DNA of 64,000 nt from Candidatus Latescibacterota bacterium (GCA_965248755.1 OZ252149.1:2656001-2720000), one strand, 5' to 3'. Positions 20,303 through 30,845 are shown, counted from the first letter of the stretch. Notes: generated by a model not told the origin, from the letters alone. Numbers and translations: made by a program.

Positions 20303-22004
20303 TCAGCTCTGCACGATTCCAGAGATGCTCGAAAGGAGCGCAGAGACATTTTCTGAGAAAATCGCTCTCCAGATAAAACGCGGCGACAGCTACGAACGCA
20401 TTTCGTATCTTGAACTGAAGGAATACGTGCAGAAACTCTCGCAAAGCCTTGCAGAGTTGGGCTTAAGTCCTGGAGACAGGGTGGGAGTTATGGGAGAGAA
20501 CAGGCCTGAATGGGCTATCTCCTATCTTGCGATCCTTGCGTGCAATGCGACGGTTGTACCTTTAGACCCGCTCCTTAAGCCTGTAGAGATCACGCATATC
20601 ATGCGTGACTCGGAGGTCAAGATAGCGATAATTTCAGGTAACTTCTTGGAGACTCTACACGACATTAAACCGTCCCTGTCTCATTTGGAGGGAATTATCT
20701 CTATGGATTCGCACAAGGAGGGCCTGGAACTTTGGAAGTCGATAGCTCAGGCCGGTTCAAAGGAGAAAAAGACTCAAGGTCCATCTTTGGAAGACCTTGC
20801 GGCGCTCATATACACATCCGGGACGACGGGGCATCCCAAGGGCGTGATGCTGACGCATAAGAACATAATGTCCAATGTGGTCGGGGCTTCTATGGCTATC
20901 GACGTAAACCAGGACGATAACTTCCTTTCTGTCCTTCCGATCCATCATACGTTCGAGTGCACCTGCGGATTTTTGGTACCTCTTTGCGTCGGAGCGACGA
21001 TAACTTACGCCAGGAGCCTTAAGTCAAAGGATATTATAGAGGGTATGAAGGATACGCAGGTATCCGTGATGATGGGTGTGCCTCTTCTATACGAGAAGAT
21101 GTTTTTGGGAATTATGCGAGCTATTAACAAAAAGCCCACGATCACAAGGGCGATGTTTAAGGTGAGCTTGGGTGCGGTAAAGTCCGCTAAGAACCTTTTG
21201 AGGATGAAGATCGGAGGAGCGGTGTTCAAGGGCTTGAGGAAGAAGGCGGGGATAGATTCCCTCAGATTCTTAATGTCTGGCGGAGCTGCGCTGCCTCCCT
21301 ACATAGCTTATGGGTTTGAAAATCTGGGCGTCAATCTGGTTCAGGGATACGGCTTGACGGAGACTTCTCCTGTTCTTTGTGTGAATCCCATTCTAAATCC
21401 CAGACACGAATCTGTGGGACCGCCGATACCGGGTGTGGAGATCAAGATCCTGGATCCCGAGTCAGATGGCGTGGGCGAAATAGCGGCACGGGGCGAGTCT
21501 GTGATGGCGGGCTACTACCAAAATCCAGAGGCGACCGAGGAGGTAATGGAAGGTGAATGGCTCAGGACTGGGGACTCCGGATGGATTGACAAGGACGGGT
21601 TTTTACACATTTCAGGCAGATTGAAGAATCTCATAGTGACAGGCGCAGGAAAGAACGTCTATCCCGAGGAGGTGGAGGACGTTCTCAACGAGAGTCCCTA
21701 TATTTTGGAAACGATGGTCTACGGAGAACCTTCAGAAGACGGATTGAGAGAGGAGATAAAGGCTATAGTCGTGCCCGATTATGAGTATATAGAACAAAGC
21801 GGTGCGACCGCCGGTGCGATGAGCGATCAGGAGACACAGGCGATCATAAAGGAAGAGGTGTCGAAGATGTGCAGCCAGTTCGCCGATTACAAGCGTGTGA
21901 AAGAGAAGGATGTCTCCATTCGCAGGGAGGAATTTCCAAAAACTTCAACAAAAAAGATACAAAGGTTTCTGGTGCTTCAGGAAATGGAAGGGACAGCTAT
22001 ATGA
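20286..22004 (+). CDS. fadD: Long-chain fatty acid--CoA ligase
   Basis: YTSGTTGHPKG, QGYGLTETSP, RTGD, GRLKN..GKNVYPEEVE. Confidence 0.9.
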   Translation: MNNVADQLCTIPEMLERSAETFSEKIALQIKRGDSYERISYLELKEYVQKLSQSLAELGLSPGDRVGVMGENRPEWAISYLAILACNATVVPLDPLLKPVEITHIMRDSEVKIAIISGNFLETLHDIKPSLSHLEGIISMDSHKEGLELWKSIAQAGSKEKKTQGPSLEDLAALIYTSGTTGHPKGVMLTHKNIMSNVVGASMAIDVNQDDNFLSVLPIHHTFECTCGFLVPLCVGATITYARSLKSKDIIEGMKDTQVSVMMGVPLLYEKMFLGIMRAINKKPTITRAMFKVSLGAVKSAKNLLRMKIGGAVFKGLRKKAGIDSLRFLMSGGAALPPYIAYGFENLGVNLVQGYGLTETSPVLCVNPILNPRHESVGPPIPGVEIKILDPESDGVGEIAARGESVMAGYYQNPEATEEVMEGEWLRTGDSGWIDKDGFLHISGRLKNLIVTGAGKNVYPEEVEDVLNESPYILETMVYGEPSEDGLREEIKAIVVPDYEYIEQSGATAGAMSDQETQAIIKEEVSKMCSQFADYKRVKEKDVSIRREEFPKTSTKKIQRFLVLQEMEGTAI

Positions 22005-22105
22005 GTAGACAGCAGACAGGGATACCTCCTCTCCTCGCCTATTTGGTGTCTGGTATCTATTTTCTACTCTGCCCGCGACGGGTTGGGTAGGGCTGCCCTA
22101 TCTAC

Positions 22106-22126
22106 CCCCGATTGAATCTATCGGGG
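22106..22126. repeat. Best copy of the 21-bp palindromic repeat, flanked by CTAC direct repeats
   Basis: CTAC-CCCCGATTGAATCTATCGGGG-CTAC. Confidence 0.75.
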
Positions 22127-22163
22127 CTACTGTGTGCTGTCTCCTTGTTCAGGAAGAGATTAC

Positions 22164-23642
22164 ATGGCTCAACAAAGAGAACTGTGGAACAACCGCTCGG
22201 GGTTTATTCTGGCGGCCATAGGTTCTGCTGTAGGTCTGGGGAACATCTGGAGGTTCCCTTACGTCTGCTACCAGAACGGAGGAGGGGCATTCCTGATCCC
22301 ATACTTTGTGGCGCTGATCACCGCGGGCATTCCCTTGATGATTTTAGAGATGGGGATCGGCCACATGATGAGAGGGGGAGCCCCCTTATCGTTCTCCAAG
22401 GTGGGCAGAAAGTGGGAGTGGGTAGGCTGGGCCGCGCTCTTGATGGGGTTTATTGTGGTCGTCTATTACGCCGTGGTGATGGCATGGTGCTTTAGCTATC
22501 TGAAGTACTCTTTTACCCTGGCCTGGGGGGAGGATACCGGTGGTTTCTTTGTAAATCAGTTTCTGGGAAAGACATCAGACCCTGCTGACCTGGGCGGCGT
22601 ACGATGGCCTATTTTGGCAGGTCTGGTCGCTACGTGGGTCTGCATCTATTTAATTATCTTCAGGGGCATCAAGACTGTGAGCAAGGTGGTCCTGGCCACA
22701 GTTCCCCTCCCGCTTCTCATAATCATCATCTTCGTCATCAGGGGTGTTACACTCCCCGGGGCTATGGAAGGGCTGAACTTCTATTTGACCCCTGATTTTT
22801 CCAGGCTACTGGATCCGAAGGTGTGGCTTGCTGCGTACGGACAGGTATTCTTCAGCCTCAGCCTGTCGTTCGGCATAATGATCGCCTACGCGAGCTACGT
22901 GCCGTCCAGATCCGATATAACCAATAGCGCTCTGATCATCACTCTCAGCAACTGTGGAACCAGCTTCCTTGCAGGATTTGCAGTCTTCAGCGCATTAGGA
23001 TACCTTGCCCATATCCAGGGTACGGACATCCAGAACGTGGTGTCAAGCGGCCCTGGACTGGCATTTGTCACCTATCCCCTCGTGATTAATAAACTTCCCT
23101 TCTGGCCTCAACTCTTTGGTGTCCTTTTCTTCGTCCTCCTCTTGACACTCGGGATCGACTCCGCTTTCTCACTGGTGGAGGCAGTTGTGGCGGGTTTCAT
23201 GGATAAGTGGAGCGGCTACAGCAGGAAAAGAGTTGTCGGATACACGTGTTTTGTGGCTCTTATATTGGGTATCATATTCACCACGGGCGCCGGAGTAGCC
23301 TGGCTGGACATTGTTGATCATTTCGTCAACAACTTCGGTCTGACCTTCATCGGATTCTTGGAGTGTCTGGTCATCGGATACATTTTAGGGAACGGCAAAC
23401 TCAGAGAGCACCTAAACTCTGTGTCCGAAGTGAAGGTCGGCCTCTGGTGGGAACTCTTTATCAAGGTGATTACTCCCCTTATCCTGGTTGTCTCTTTTGG
23501 GCTTTCCCTCTGGGAGCGGATAAAGGCCCCGTATGAGAACTATCCTGAATGGGCTCTCCTTTTAGGTGGATGGCTGCTCTTGGCTGTGGCTCTTGTGGTA
23601 GCCTTCCTGTTCGGAAAGATCAGATCAGCGGAGGAGCTTTAG
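22164..23642 (+). CDS. Sodium-dependent NSS (SNF) family transporter
   Basis: GSAVGLGNIWRFPY..NGGGAFLIPY, QVFFSLS, GPGLAFV. Confidence 0.95.
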   Translation: MAQQRELWNNRSGFILAAIGSAVGLGNIWRFPYVCYQNGGGAFLIPYFVALITAGIPLMILEMGIGHMMRGGAPLSFSKVGRKWEWVGWAALLMGFIVVVYYAVVMAWCFSYLKYSFTLAWGEDTGGFFVNQFLGKTSDPADLGGVRWPILAGLVATWVCIYLIIFRGIKTVSKVVLATVPLPLLIIIIFVIRGVTLPGAMEGLNFYLTPDFSRLLDPKVWLAAYGQVFFSLSLSFGIMIAYASYVPSRSDITNSALIITLSNCGTSFLAGFAVFSALGYLAHIQGTDIQNVVSSGPGLAFVTYPLVINKLPFWPQLFGVLFFVLLLTLGIDSAFSLVEAVVAGFMDKWSGYSRKRVVGYTCFVALILGIIFTTGAGVAWLDIVDHFVNNFGLTFIGFLECLVIGYILGNGKLREHLNSVSEVKVGLWWELFIKVITPLILVVSFGLSLWERIKAPYENYPEWALLLGGWLLLAVALVVAFLFGKIRSAEEL

Positions 23643-23644
23643 CG

Positions 23645-23770
23645 ATGTCTGGATCGGCAATTGCGATGCTCGTTTTCGGGAGTGTCCTCCTCTATGTCCC
23701 GCTCGCCTACTGTCTCTACAGGGCCATCAGGAGCAAAGAGAGGGTAGAGGAGGACGAAGAGTCCCGCTGA
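23645..23770 (+). CDS. MetS-like small subunit of the NSS transporter
   Basis: 41 aa MSGSAIAMLVFGSVLLY.. single TM directly after the NSS gene. Confidence 0.75.
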   Translation: MSGSAIAMLVFGSVLLYVPLAYCLYRAIRSKERVEEDEESR

Positions 23771-24075
23771 GGTTTAAAATAGAGGGGCTGCTGCTGCGTT
23801 CCCGGCTGACCACTACCTGCTGCTTTTTTGATGTGGGTGTAGAGGGTGTAGACCTTTTGTATATTGCTGTCCGTAAAATCTTTTCTGTTCTGTGTAGAAG
23901 TACTAAACATGAATATACACTGTACACACGGTATACACCTCGTACCTTAAACCGATTCCCAGTTGGCAGAAATATCCCTCTTTCTTCGATGAAGAGCCTT
24001 CCGTGCGTGTCCCAACCTTGAAAAGTCTATGTAGGCAAAAAGCGAAAGCCTGCGTTAAAGGCGGATATTTTAGCC

Positions 24076-24104
24076 TTGACAAAGAGATAGGTATCGAGTA
24101 TCTT
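24076..24104 (+). promoter_or_regulatory. Sigma70 promoter
   Basis: TTGACA-17-TATCTT. Confidence 0.7.
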
Positions 24105-24110
24105 GCCTTG

Positions 24111-24281
24111 TACCCAGTGTCTGGTCAAGATACTCTGGAGTTGAAGCCTGTGGAGACCTTCCTATCTGTGAGTCGTTCGGCGATCCGGCCGGGGAACCTA
24201 GTGACCTGTTGCCCATAGATGCTCAGTTGCTGCACCTATTAAGGATCCAGGGCGTCATCTTTCGCAGTCAACAGATGGGTG
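24111..24281 (+). ncRNA. Candidate structured RNA, 6S RNA-like rod with central bubble
   Basis: Starts at the predicted TSS; ACCCA/TGGGT, TCTG/CAGA, GATACTCTGGA/TCCAGGGCGTC and ATCTGTG/CATAGAT pairings; 171 nt. Confidence 0.45.
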
Positions 24282-24313
24282 CAGAAGCAAAAGCGGAAAC
24301 CTAAGATAAGGAG

Positions 24314-25882
24314 ATGAGAATGCCTAGACCCCCCGACTACGGAATTATCTACAACTGGGACGGCGCCCCGCACGGCTGCTCTGAGGTGCCGCAGTCGATG
24401 GAAGCGTTCTTGGAAAAGGTATACGCCCCACTGGAGGACACTCAGGTGGGCGCCCACTTCTGGTGCATAGGAGAGCATGCCGCCCGATGGAAGAGCGATG
24501 TGCTCGAACTCCTCGGCGACTTCCATGATCGGCGCTACGAGAACGCCCAAACCTACACGTTCACGGAGAACGTCCGCCAGATGTTAGAGCGGGGTGAAGA
24601 TGCGCAAGAGGCGCTGATCGAGCGGGGTCATCAACTGGGCATGGAGGTCTATGCGTCGGTTCGCATGAACGACAATCACTTCGACGGGGCTCAGGTGGAG
24701 GAGCTTGGGAAGCTGCACCACACCGAACTGACGCGCATGCGGATCGAACATCCGGAGTGGCTCTTAGGCGACCAGACCACAGAGTGGTACGCCCTCTCGT
24801 GGAACTTCGCGGTGCCCGAAGTGCGGGAGCACCGCTTTGCTCATATCAAAGAGATATGTCAACTTTATGACTGGGACGGCGTCGAGTTAGACTGGCAGCG
24901 GCACGCCTTCCATTTCCCAGAGGACGATGCCTACAGACTCCGCTACCTCCTGACTGACCTCCAGCGGACTGTGCGGCGGATGACAGACGATCTGGCAAAA
25001 GAGCGCGGGAGGCCGTTCTACTTAGCCGCTCGTGTGGCTGGGAATCTTGAGATGTGTCGTAAGATCGGCTACGATATTCCCACCTGGATCGAGGAAGGTC
25101 TTCTGGACATCATAATCCCCGCAGGCAATGCGGTGACCGACCCCTCGATCGATGTGGCAGCGTTTGTCCAGATATGCAGGGGCACGAATATCGCCGTCTA
25201 CCCCGGATTCGACGGGGGGCTGCCCGACCCCTTCGTTGGCCCTGAAGACGCAGGGACCAAAGATAGGCTGCGCACACGAGCTATAGCAAGCCGCTACCAC
25301 AGGGCGGAGGCGGACGGCATCTACGTGTTCAACTGGCACGCAAACCGTGATTCGAGACGCGAACTCTTATGTCAGGTAGGCTCTCCCGACACCCTGCGGC
25401 GTAAGGACAAGATCTATGCGGCCACAAACCGCTTTATCCAGAAGGAGGGTCAGTGGCGCGGCGCCTACCGCAGAGACCGGATCTGGGGCGAAGTGCCGGT
25501 GGCTCTGAAGCGGACACTTACCGGCGAAGGACCAGAGATCACACTGAACGTGGCGGATGACCTATCGGTGGACATCCCCGATAGCGTTGAGCTTAGAGTT
25601 CGGCTCGACCAGTGGGTCAAAGGTGATGTGGTGCACATCTTCTGGGATGGATCAAAGTTAGATGATCTCGAAGTTAAATACTGCAAGCTCGGCGATCCGC
25701 ACAGGATCTTAGATGTTGGCTGGGCGGCGTGGCTCTGCTGCCAGATGGATCGTTCGAAAGTCGGGGTAGGTCCCCATACGGTGAAAGTTGCACTTTCAGA
25801 GCGCAATCCTAAAGTGGCCTGCGATATAGTGCTGACAGATGTGGAATTGGTTATACGATATCCTGAGGAATTGACGATATAG
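24314..25882 (+). CDS. Putative glycoside hydrolase (GHL10/DUF187-like TIM barrel), paralog 1
   Basis: YNWDG, SVRMNDNH, NFAVPEVR, YDWDGVELDW, DGIYVFN. Confidence 0.75.
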   Translation: MRMPRPPDYGIIYNWDGAPHGCSEVPQSMEAFLEKVYAPLEDTQVGAHFWCIGEHAARWKSDVLELLGDFHDRRYENAQTYTFTENVRQMLERGEDAQEALIERGHQLGMEVYASVRMNDNHFDGAQVEELGKLHHTELTRMRIEHPEWLLGDQTTEWYALSWNFAVPEVREHRFAHIKEICQLYDWDGVELDWQRHAFHFPEDDAYRLRYLLTDLQRTVRRMTDDLAKERGRPFYLAARVAGNLEMCRKIGYDIPTWIEEGLLDIIIPAGNAVTDPSIDVAAFVQICRGTNIAVYPGFDGGLPDPFVGPEDAGTKDRLRTRAIASRYHRAEADGIYVFNWHANRDSRRELLCQVGSPDTLRRKDKIYAATNRFIQKEGQWRGAYRRDRIWGEVPVALKRTLTGEGPEITLNVADDLSVDIPDSVELRVRLDQWVKGDVVHIFWDGSKLDDLEVKYCKLGDPHRILDVGWAAWLCCQMDRSKVGVGPHTVKVALSERNPKVACDIVLTDVELVIRYPEELTI

Positions 25883-25901
25883 GACGTAAGCGAAGGTGAC
25901 C

Positions 25902-27491
25902 ATGGCTAAACACGCTAAATATACTGAGTACGGAATTATCTACAACTGGGACGGCGCCCCACACGGCTGCTCTGAGGTTCCGCAGTCGATGGAAGCGTTC
26001 TTGGAGAAGGTATACGCCCCACTGGAGGACACTCAGGTGGGCGCCCACTTCTGGTGCATCGAGGAGCATGCCTCCCGCTGGAAAAGCGATGTGCTCGAAC
26101 TGTTAGACGACTTCCACGATCGGCGCTACGAGAACACTTACACCTACACGTTCACGGAGAACGTCCGCCAGATGTTAGAGCGGGGTGAAGATGCACAAGA
26201 GGCACTGATCGAGCGGGGTCATCAACTGGGCCTGGATGTCTATGCGTCGGTTCGCATGAACGACAACCACTTCGGCGGTGCCCAGGTAGAGGAGCTTGGA
26301 GAGCTTCACGACACCGAACTGACGCGCATGCGGATCGAGCATCCGGAGTGGCTCTTAGGCGACCAAACTTCGGAGTGGTTTGCCCTCTCGTGGAACTTCG
26401 CGGTGCCCGAAGTTCGGGAGCACCGCTTTGCTCATGTCAAAGAGATATGCCAGCTATATGACTGGGACGGCGTCGAGTTAGACTGGCAGCGCCACGCCTT
26501 CCATTTTCCAGAGGACGATGCCTACAGACTCCGCTACCTCCTGACTGACCTCCAGAGGGCTGTGCGCAGGATGACAGATGACATAGCAAAAGAGCGCGGG
26601 AGGCCGTTCTACTTAGCCGCTCGTGTGGCTGGGAATCTTGAGATGTGTCGTAAGATCGGCTACGATATTCCCACCTGGATCGAGGAAGGTCTTCTGGACA
26701 TCATAATCCCCGCAGGCAATGCGGCGACCGACCCCTCGATCGATGTGGCAGAGTTTGTCCAGATGTGCAGGGGCACGAATATCGCCGTCTACCCCGGGTT
26801 CGACGGGGGGCTGCCCGACCCCTTCGTTGGCCCTGATGACGCAGGGACCAAAGATAGGATGCGCACACGAGCTATAGCAAGCCGCTACCACAGGGCAGAG
26901 GCGGACGGCATCTACGTGTTCAACTGGCACGCAAACCGTGATTCGAGACGCGAACTCTTATGTCAGGTAGGCTCTCCCGACACTCTGCGGCGCAAGGACA
27001 AGATCTATGCGGCTACAAACCGCTTCATCCAGAAGGAGGGCCAGTGGCGCGGCGCCTACCGCAGAGACCGGATCTGGGGCGAAGTGCCGGTTGCCCTGAA
27101 GCGGACACTTACCGGCGAAGGACCGGAGATCACACTGAACGTGGCGGATGACCTGTCGGTGGACATCCCTGATAGCGTTGAGCTTAGAGTTCGGCTCGAC
27201 CAGTGGGTCAAAGGCGATCTAGTGCACGCCTATTGGGATGGATCAGAGTTAGAGGATCTCGCAGTGAGCTACAGCTCCCCCGGGCATATCTCAGATGTAA
27301 GCGGCTCGGTATGGCTGTGCTGCCAGATGGATCCTTCGAAAGTCGAGGTAGGTCCCCATAAGGTGAAAGTTACACTTTCTGAGCGTAATCCGAAAGTCGT
27401 CTGCGATATCGTGCTGACAGATGTGGAGTTGGTTATACGATATCCCGGGAATTCAGAACAAAGAACGGCAAGTGGAGGTGAGAATGCCTAA
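25902..27491 (+). CDS. Putative glycoside hydrolase, paralog 2
   Basis: Highly similar to paralog 1. Confidence 0.75.
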   Translation: MAKHAKYTEYGIIYNWDGAPHGCSEVPQSMEAFLEKVYAPLEDTQVGAHFWCIEEHASRWKSDVLELLDDFHDRRYENTYTYTFTENVRQMLERGEDAQEALIERGHQLGLDVYASVRMNDNHFGGAQVEELGELHDTELTRMRIEHPEWLLGDQTSEWFALSWNFAVPEVREHRFAHVKEICQLYDWDGVELDWQRHAFHFPEDDAYRLRYLLTDLQRAVRRMTDDIAKERGRPFYLAARVAGNLEMCRKIGYDIPTWIEEGLLDIIIPAGNAATDPSIDVAEFVQMCRGTNIAVYPGFDGGLPDPFVGPDDAGTKDRMRTRAIASRYHRAEADGIYVFNWHANRDSRRELLCQVGSPDTLRRKDKIYAATNRFIQKEGQWRGAYRRDRIWGEVPVALKRTLTGEGPEITLNVADDLSVDIPDSVELRVRLDQWVKGDLVHAYWDGSELEDLAVSYSSPGHISDVSGSVWLCCQMDPSKVEVGPHKVKVTLSERNPKVVCDIVLTDVELVIRYPGNSEQRTASGGENA

Positions 27492-28986
27492 GCATACTGA
27501 CTACGAAATTATCTACAACTGGGACGGCGCCCCTCATGGCTGCTCTGAGGTACCGCAGTCGATGGAAGCATTTTTAGAAAAGGTATACGCCCCACTTGAG
27601 GACACTCAGGTGGGCGCCCACTTCTGGTGCATCGGAGAGCATGCCGCCCGATGGAATAGCGATGTGCTCGAACTGTTAGGTGACTTCCACGATAGGCGCT
27701 ACGAGAACGCCAACAACTACACCTTAACGGAGAACGTCCGTCAGATGTTGGAGCGGGGCGAAGATCCGCAAGAGGCGCTGATCGAGCGAGGTCATCAATT
27801 AGGACTCGATGTCTATGCGTCGGTTCGCATGAACGACAACCACTTCGGCGGTACACAGGTGGAAGACCTTGGGAAGCTTCACCACACCGAACTGACGCGC
27901 ATGCGGATCGAACATCCGGAGTGGCTCTTAGGCGACCAGACATCAGAGTGGTTCGCCCTCTCGTGGAACTTCGCGGTGCCCGAAGTGCGTGAGCACCGCT
28001 TCCTGCATATCAAAGAGATATGCCAGCTATATGACTGGGACGGCGTCGAGCTGGACTGGCAGCGCCACGCCTTCCATTTTCCAGAGGACGATGCCTACAG
28101 ACTCCGCTACCTCCTGACTGACCTCCAGAGGGCTGTCCGCAGGATGACAGATGACATAGCAAAAGAGCGCGGCAGACCCTTCTACGTAGCTGCCCGCGTG
28201 GCTGGGAATCTTGAGATGTGTCGCAACATCGGCTACGATGTTCCCGCCTGGATCGACGAAGGTTTGATGGATATCATAATACCCGCAGGACATGCGTCGA
28301 CCGATCCCTCGATCGATGTAGACACGTTCGTACAGTTGTGTCGGGGTACGGATATCGCTGTCTACCCAGGACTGGACAGCGGATTGGCGCCTTCCTATCT
28401 GGCCATAGCAAGCAGCCACCACAGAGCGGGAGCGGACGGTATCTATGTGTTCAACTGGCACGCAAACCGCGATTCGAGGCGCGAACTCTTATGTCAGATA
28501 GGATCCCCCAACACTCTTCGGCGCAAGGACAAGGTCTACGCTGCCACAAACCGTATCATCCAGAAGGAGGGTCAGTGGCGCGGCGCCTACCGCCTCGACC
28601 AGATCTGGGGCGAAGTGCCGGTTGCCCTGAAACGTACGCTTACGGAAGAGGGCCCGACTATCACACTGAACGTGGCGGATGACCTATCGGTGGACATCCC
28701 CGAGAGCGTTGAGCTTAGAGTTCAGCTCGCGCAGTGGGTGAAAGGCGATCTAGTGCACGTCTATTGGGATGGATCAAAGTTAGAGGATCTCGACGCGAGC
28801 TACGGCTCCCCGGGCCATATCTCAGATGTGAGCGGGGCGGTATGGCTGTGCTGCCAGATGGATCCTTCGAAAGTCGTGTTAGGTCCCCATAAGGTGAAAG
28901 TTGCACTTGCAGAGCGCAACCCGAAAATGGCCTGCGATATAGTGCTGACGGATGTGGAGTTGGTCATACGATATCCTGGGAATTGA
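27484..28986 (+). CDS. Putative glycoside hydrolase, paralog 3 (shorter internal loop)
   Basis: GGAGGTG RBS, ATG 27484; LDSGLAPSYLAIAS replaces FDGGLPDPFVGP..RTRAIAS. Confidence 0.75.
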   Translation: MPKHTDYEIIYNWDGAPHGCSEVPQSMEAFLEKVYAPLEDTQVGAHFWCIGEHAARWNSDVLELLGDFHDRRYENANNYTLTENVRQMLERGEDPQEALIERGHQLGLDVYASVRMNDNHFGGTQVEDLGKLHHTELTRMRIEHPEWLLGDQTSEWFALSWNFAVPEVREHRFLHIKEICQLYDWDGVELDWQRHAFHFPEDDAYRLRYLLTDLQRAVRRMTDDIAKERGRPFYVAARVAGNLEMCRNIGYDVPAWIDEGLMDIIIPAGHASTDPSIDVDTFVQLCRGTDIAVYPGLDSGLAPSYLAIASSHHRAGADGIYVFNWHANRDSRRELLCQIGSPNTLRRKDKVYAATNRIIQKEGQWRGAYRLDQIWGEVPVALKRTLTEEGPTITLNVADDLSVDIPESVELRVQLAQWVKGDLVHVYWDGSKLEDLDASYGSPGHISDVSGAVWLCCQMDPSKVVLGPHKVKVALAERNPKMACDIVLTDVELVIRYPGN

Positions 28987-29013
28987 CGATATAGCACGTA
29001 AGTGAAGATGACC

Positions 29014-30555
29014 ATGGCTAAACACACTAAATACACTAAGTACGGAATTATCTACAACAGGGACGGCGGTCCGCACGGCTGCTCTGAGGTGCCGCAGTCG
29101 ATAGAAGCGTTCTTGGAGAAGGTATACGCCCCATTGGAGGACACTCAGGTGGGTGCTCTCTTCTGGTGCGTTGGAATTCATAGTGCTCACTGGAATAGCG
29201 ATGTCCTGGAGCTGCGCGGCGACGTCCACGGCCGACGCTATGAGAGCGCCGATGCCTACACCAGCACTGAAAACGTCCGTCAAATGTTAGAGCGGGGTGA
29301 AGATGCGCAAGAGGCGCTGATCGAGCGGGGTCATCAATTAGGTCTGGATGTCTATGCATCGGTTCGCATGAACGACAATCACTTCAGCGGCGCCCAGGTG
29401 GAGAACCTTGCGAAGATGCACAGCACCGGACTGACGCGCATGCGGATCGAACATCCGGAGTGGCTCTTAGGCGACCAGACATCAGAGTGGTTCGCCCTCT
29501 CGTGGAACTTCGCGGTGCCCGAAGTACGGGAGCACCGCTTTGCTCATGTCAAAGAGATATGCCAGCTATATGACTGGGACGGCGTCGAGTTAGACTGGCA
29601 GCGCCACGCCTTCCATTTTCCAGAGGACGATGCCTACAGGCTCCGCTACCTCCTGACTGACCTCCAGAGGGCTGTGCGCAGGATGACAGATGACATAGCA
29701 AAAGAGCGCGGCAGACCCTTCTACGTAGCCGCCCGCGTGGCTGGGACTCTCGAGATGTGCCGCAACATCGGCTACGATATTCCCGCCTGGATCGACGAAG
29801 GTCTCCTGGACATCATAATTCCCGCAGGAGGTGGAGAGACCGACCCTGCGCTCGATGTGGCAGCCTTTCTCCAGATGTGCAGGGGTACGGATATCGCTGT
29901 CTACCCCGGATTCGACTGCGGACTTCCAGAACCCTCTGTGGGCCCTGAAGACGCAGGGAACAAAGATAGGATGCGCACGCGTGCCATAGCATCCCGCTAC
30001 CACAGCGCGGGAGCGGACGGCATCTATGTGTTCAACTGGGGAAATTCCAGGCCCGAACTCCTCTGTCAGGTCGGCTCCTATGATACTCTGCGGGGTAAGG
30101 ACAGAATCTATGCGGCTGCGCACCGTTTCATCAAGAAGGAAGGCCAGTGGCGCGGGGCCTTCCGTATCGACTGTATCTGGGGCGAAGTGCCGGTTGCCCT
30201 GAAGCGTACGCTTACAGATGAGGGCCCGACAATCACACTGAACGTCGCGGATGACCTATCGGCTGATGTGCCGGAGAGCGTTGAGCTTAGGGTCCGGCTC
30301 GACCAGTGGGTGAAAGGCGATGTGGTACACGTCTTCTGGGATGGATCAATATTGGAGGATCTCCACACGAGCTACTCCTCCCCCGACGATATCTCGGATG
30401 TGAGCGATACAGTATGGCTGTGCTGCCAGATGGATCCTTCAAAAGTCGCGGTAGGTCCCCATAAGGTGAAAGTTACACTTGCAGAGCGCAACCCGAAAAT
30501 GGCCTGCGATATAGTACTGACGGATGTGGAATTGGTTATACGATATCCTAATTAA
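29014..30555 (+). CDS. Putative glycoside hydrolase, paralog 4 (most diverged)
   Basis: YNRDG, ALFWCVGIHSAH variants of the shared motifs. Confidence 0.75.
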   Translation: MAKHTKYTKYGIIYNRDGGPHGCSEVPQSIEAFLEKVYAPLEDTQVGALFWCVGIHSAHWNSDVLELRGDVHGRRYESADAYTSTENVRQMLERGEDAQEALIERGHQLGLDVYASVRMNDNHFSGAQVENLAKMHSTGLTRMRIEHPEWLLGDQTSEWFALSWNFAVPEVREHRFAHVKEICQLYDWDGVELDWQRHAFHFPEDDAYRLRYLLTDLQRAVRRMTDDIAKERGRPFYVAARVAGTLEMCRNIGYDIPAWIDEGLLDIIIPAGGGETDPALDVAAFLQMCRGTDIAVYPGFDCGLPEPSVGPEDAGNKDRMRTRAIASRYHSAGADGIYVFNWGNSRPELLCQVGSYDTLRGKDRIYAAAHRFIKKEGQWRGAFRIDCIWGEVPVALKRTLTDEGPTITLNVADDLSADVPESVELRVRLDQWVKGDVVHVFWDGSILEDLHTSYSSPDDISDVSDTVWLCCQMDPSKVAVGPHKVKVTLAERNPKMACDIVLTDVELVIRYPN

Positions 30556-30845
30556 GTATACGGTAGATAGGCACCCGCTTGAAGCTATCGGGGGCAGGGG
30601 TACCAAAGCACTGAATGTACGCTGCTCACTGTAGAGTTAATTATCTGTTCTATTGGGGTCTTCATATTCATCTCCATACTATTTTGACCCGATACCCAGT
30701 TGACAACCTATACGGCGATTGAGGCAGATAAAGAATAAGTAATTCGATAAATCAGGCTCTAGCTGCTCCCCAAAGGGAGTCGTCATATTCCCTTCTGGAG
30801 CCTAAAGAGGTCATTCGGTGTGAATTACTCTGTAGAGATAACAGA

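Noticed and set aside
24314..30555. CRISPR array or diversity-generating retroelement in the repeated region
   Set aside because: Repeats are whole paralogous genes; there is no repeat-spacer periodicity, no reverse transcriptase in the window, and I saw no adenine-specific variation
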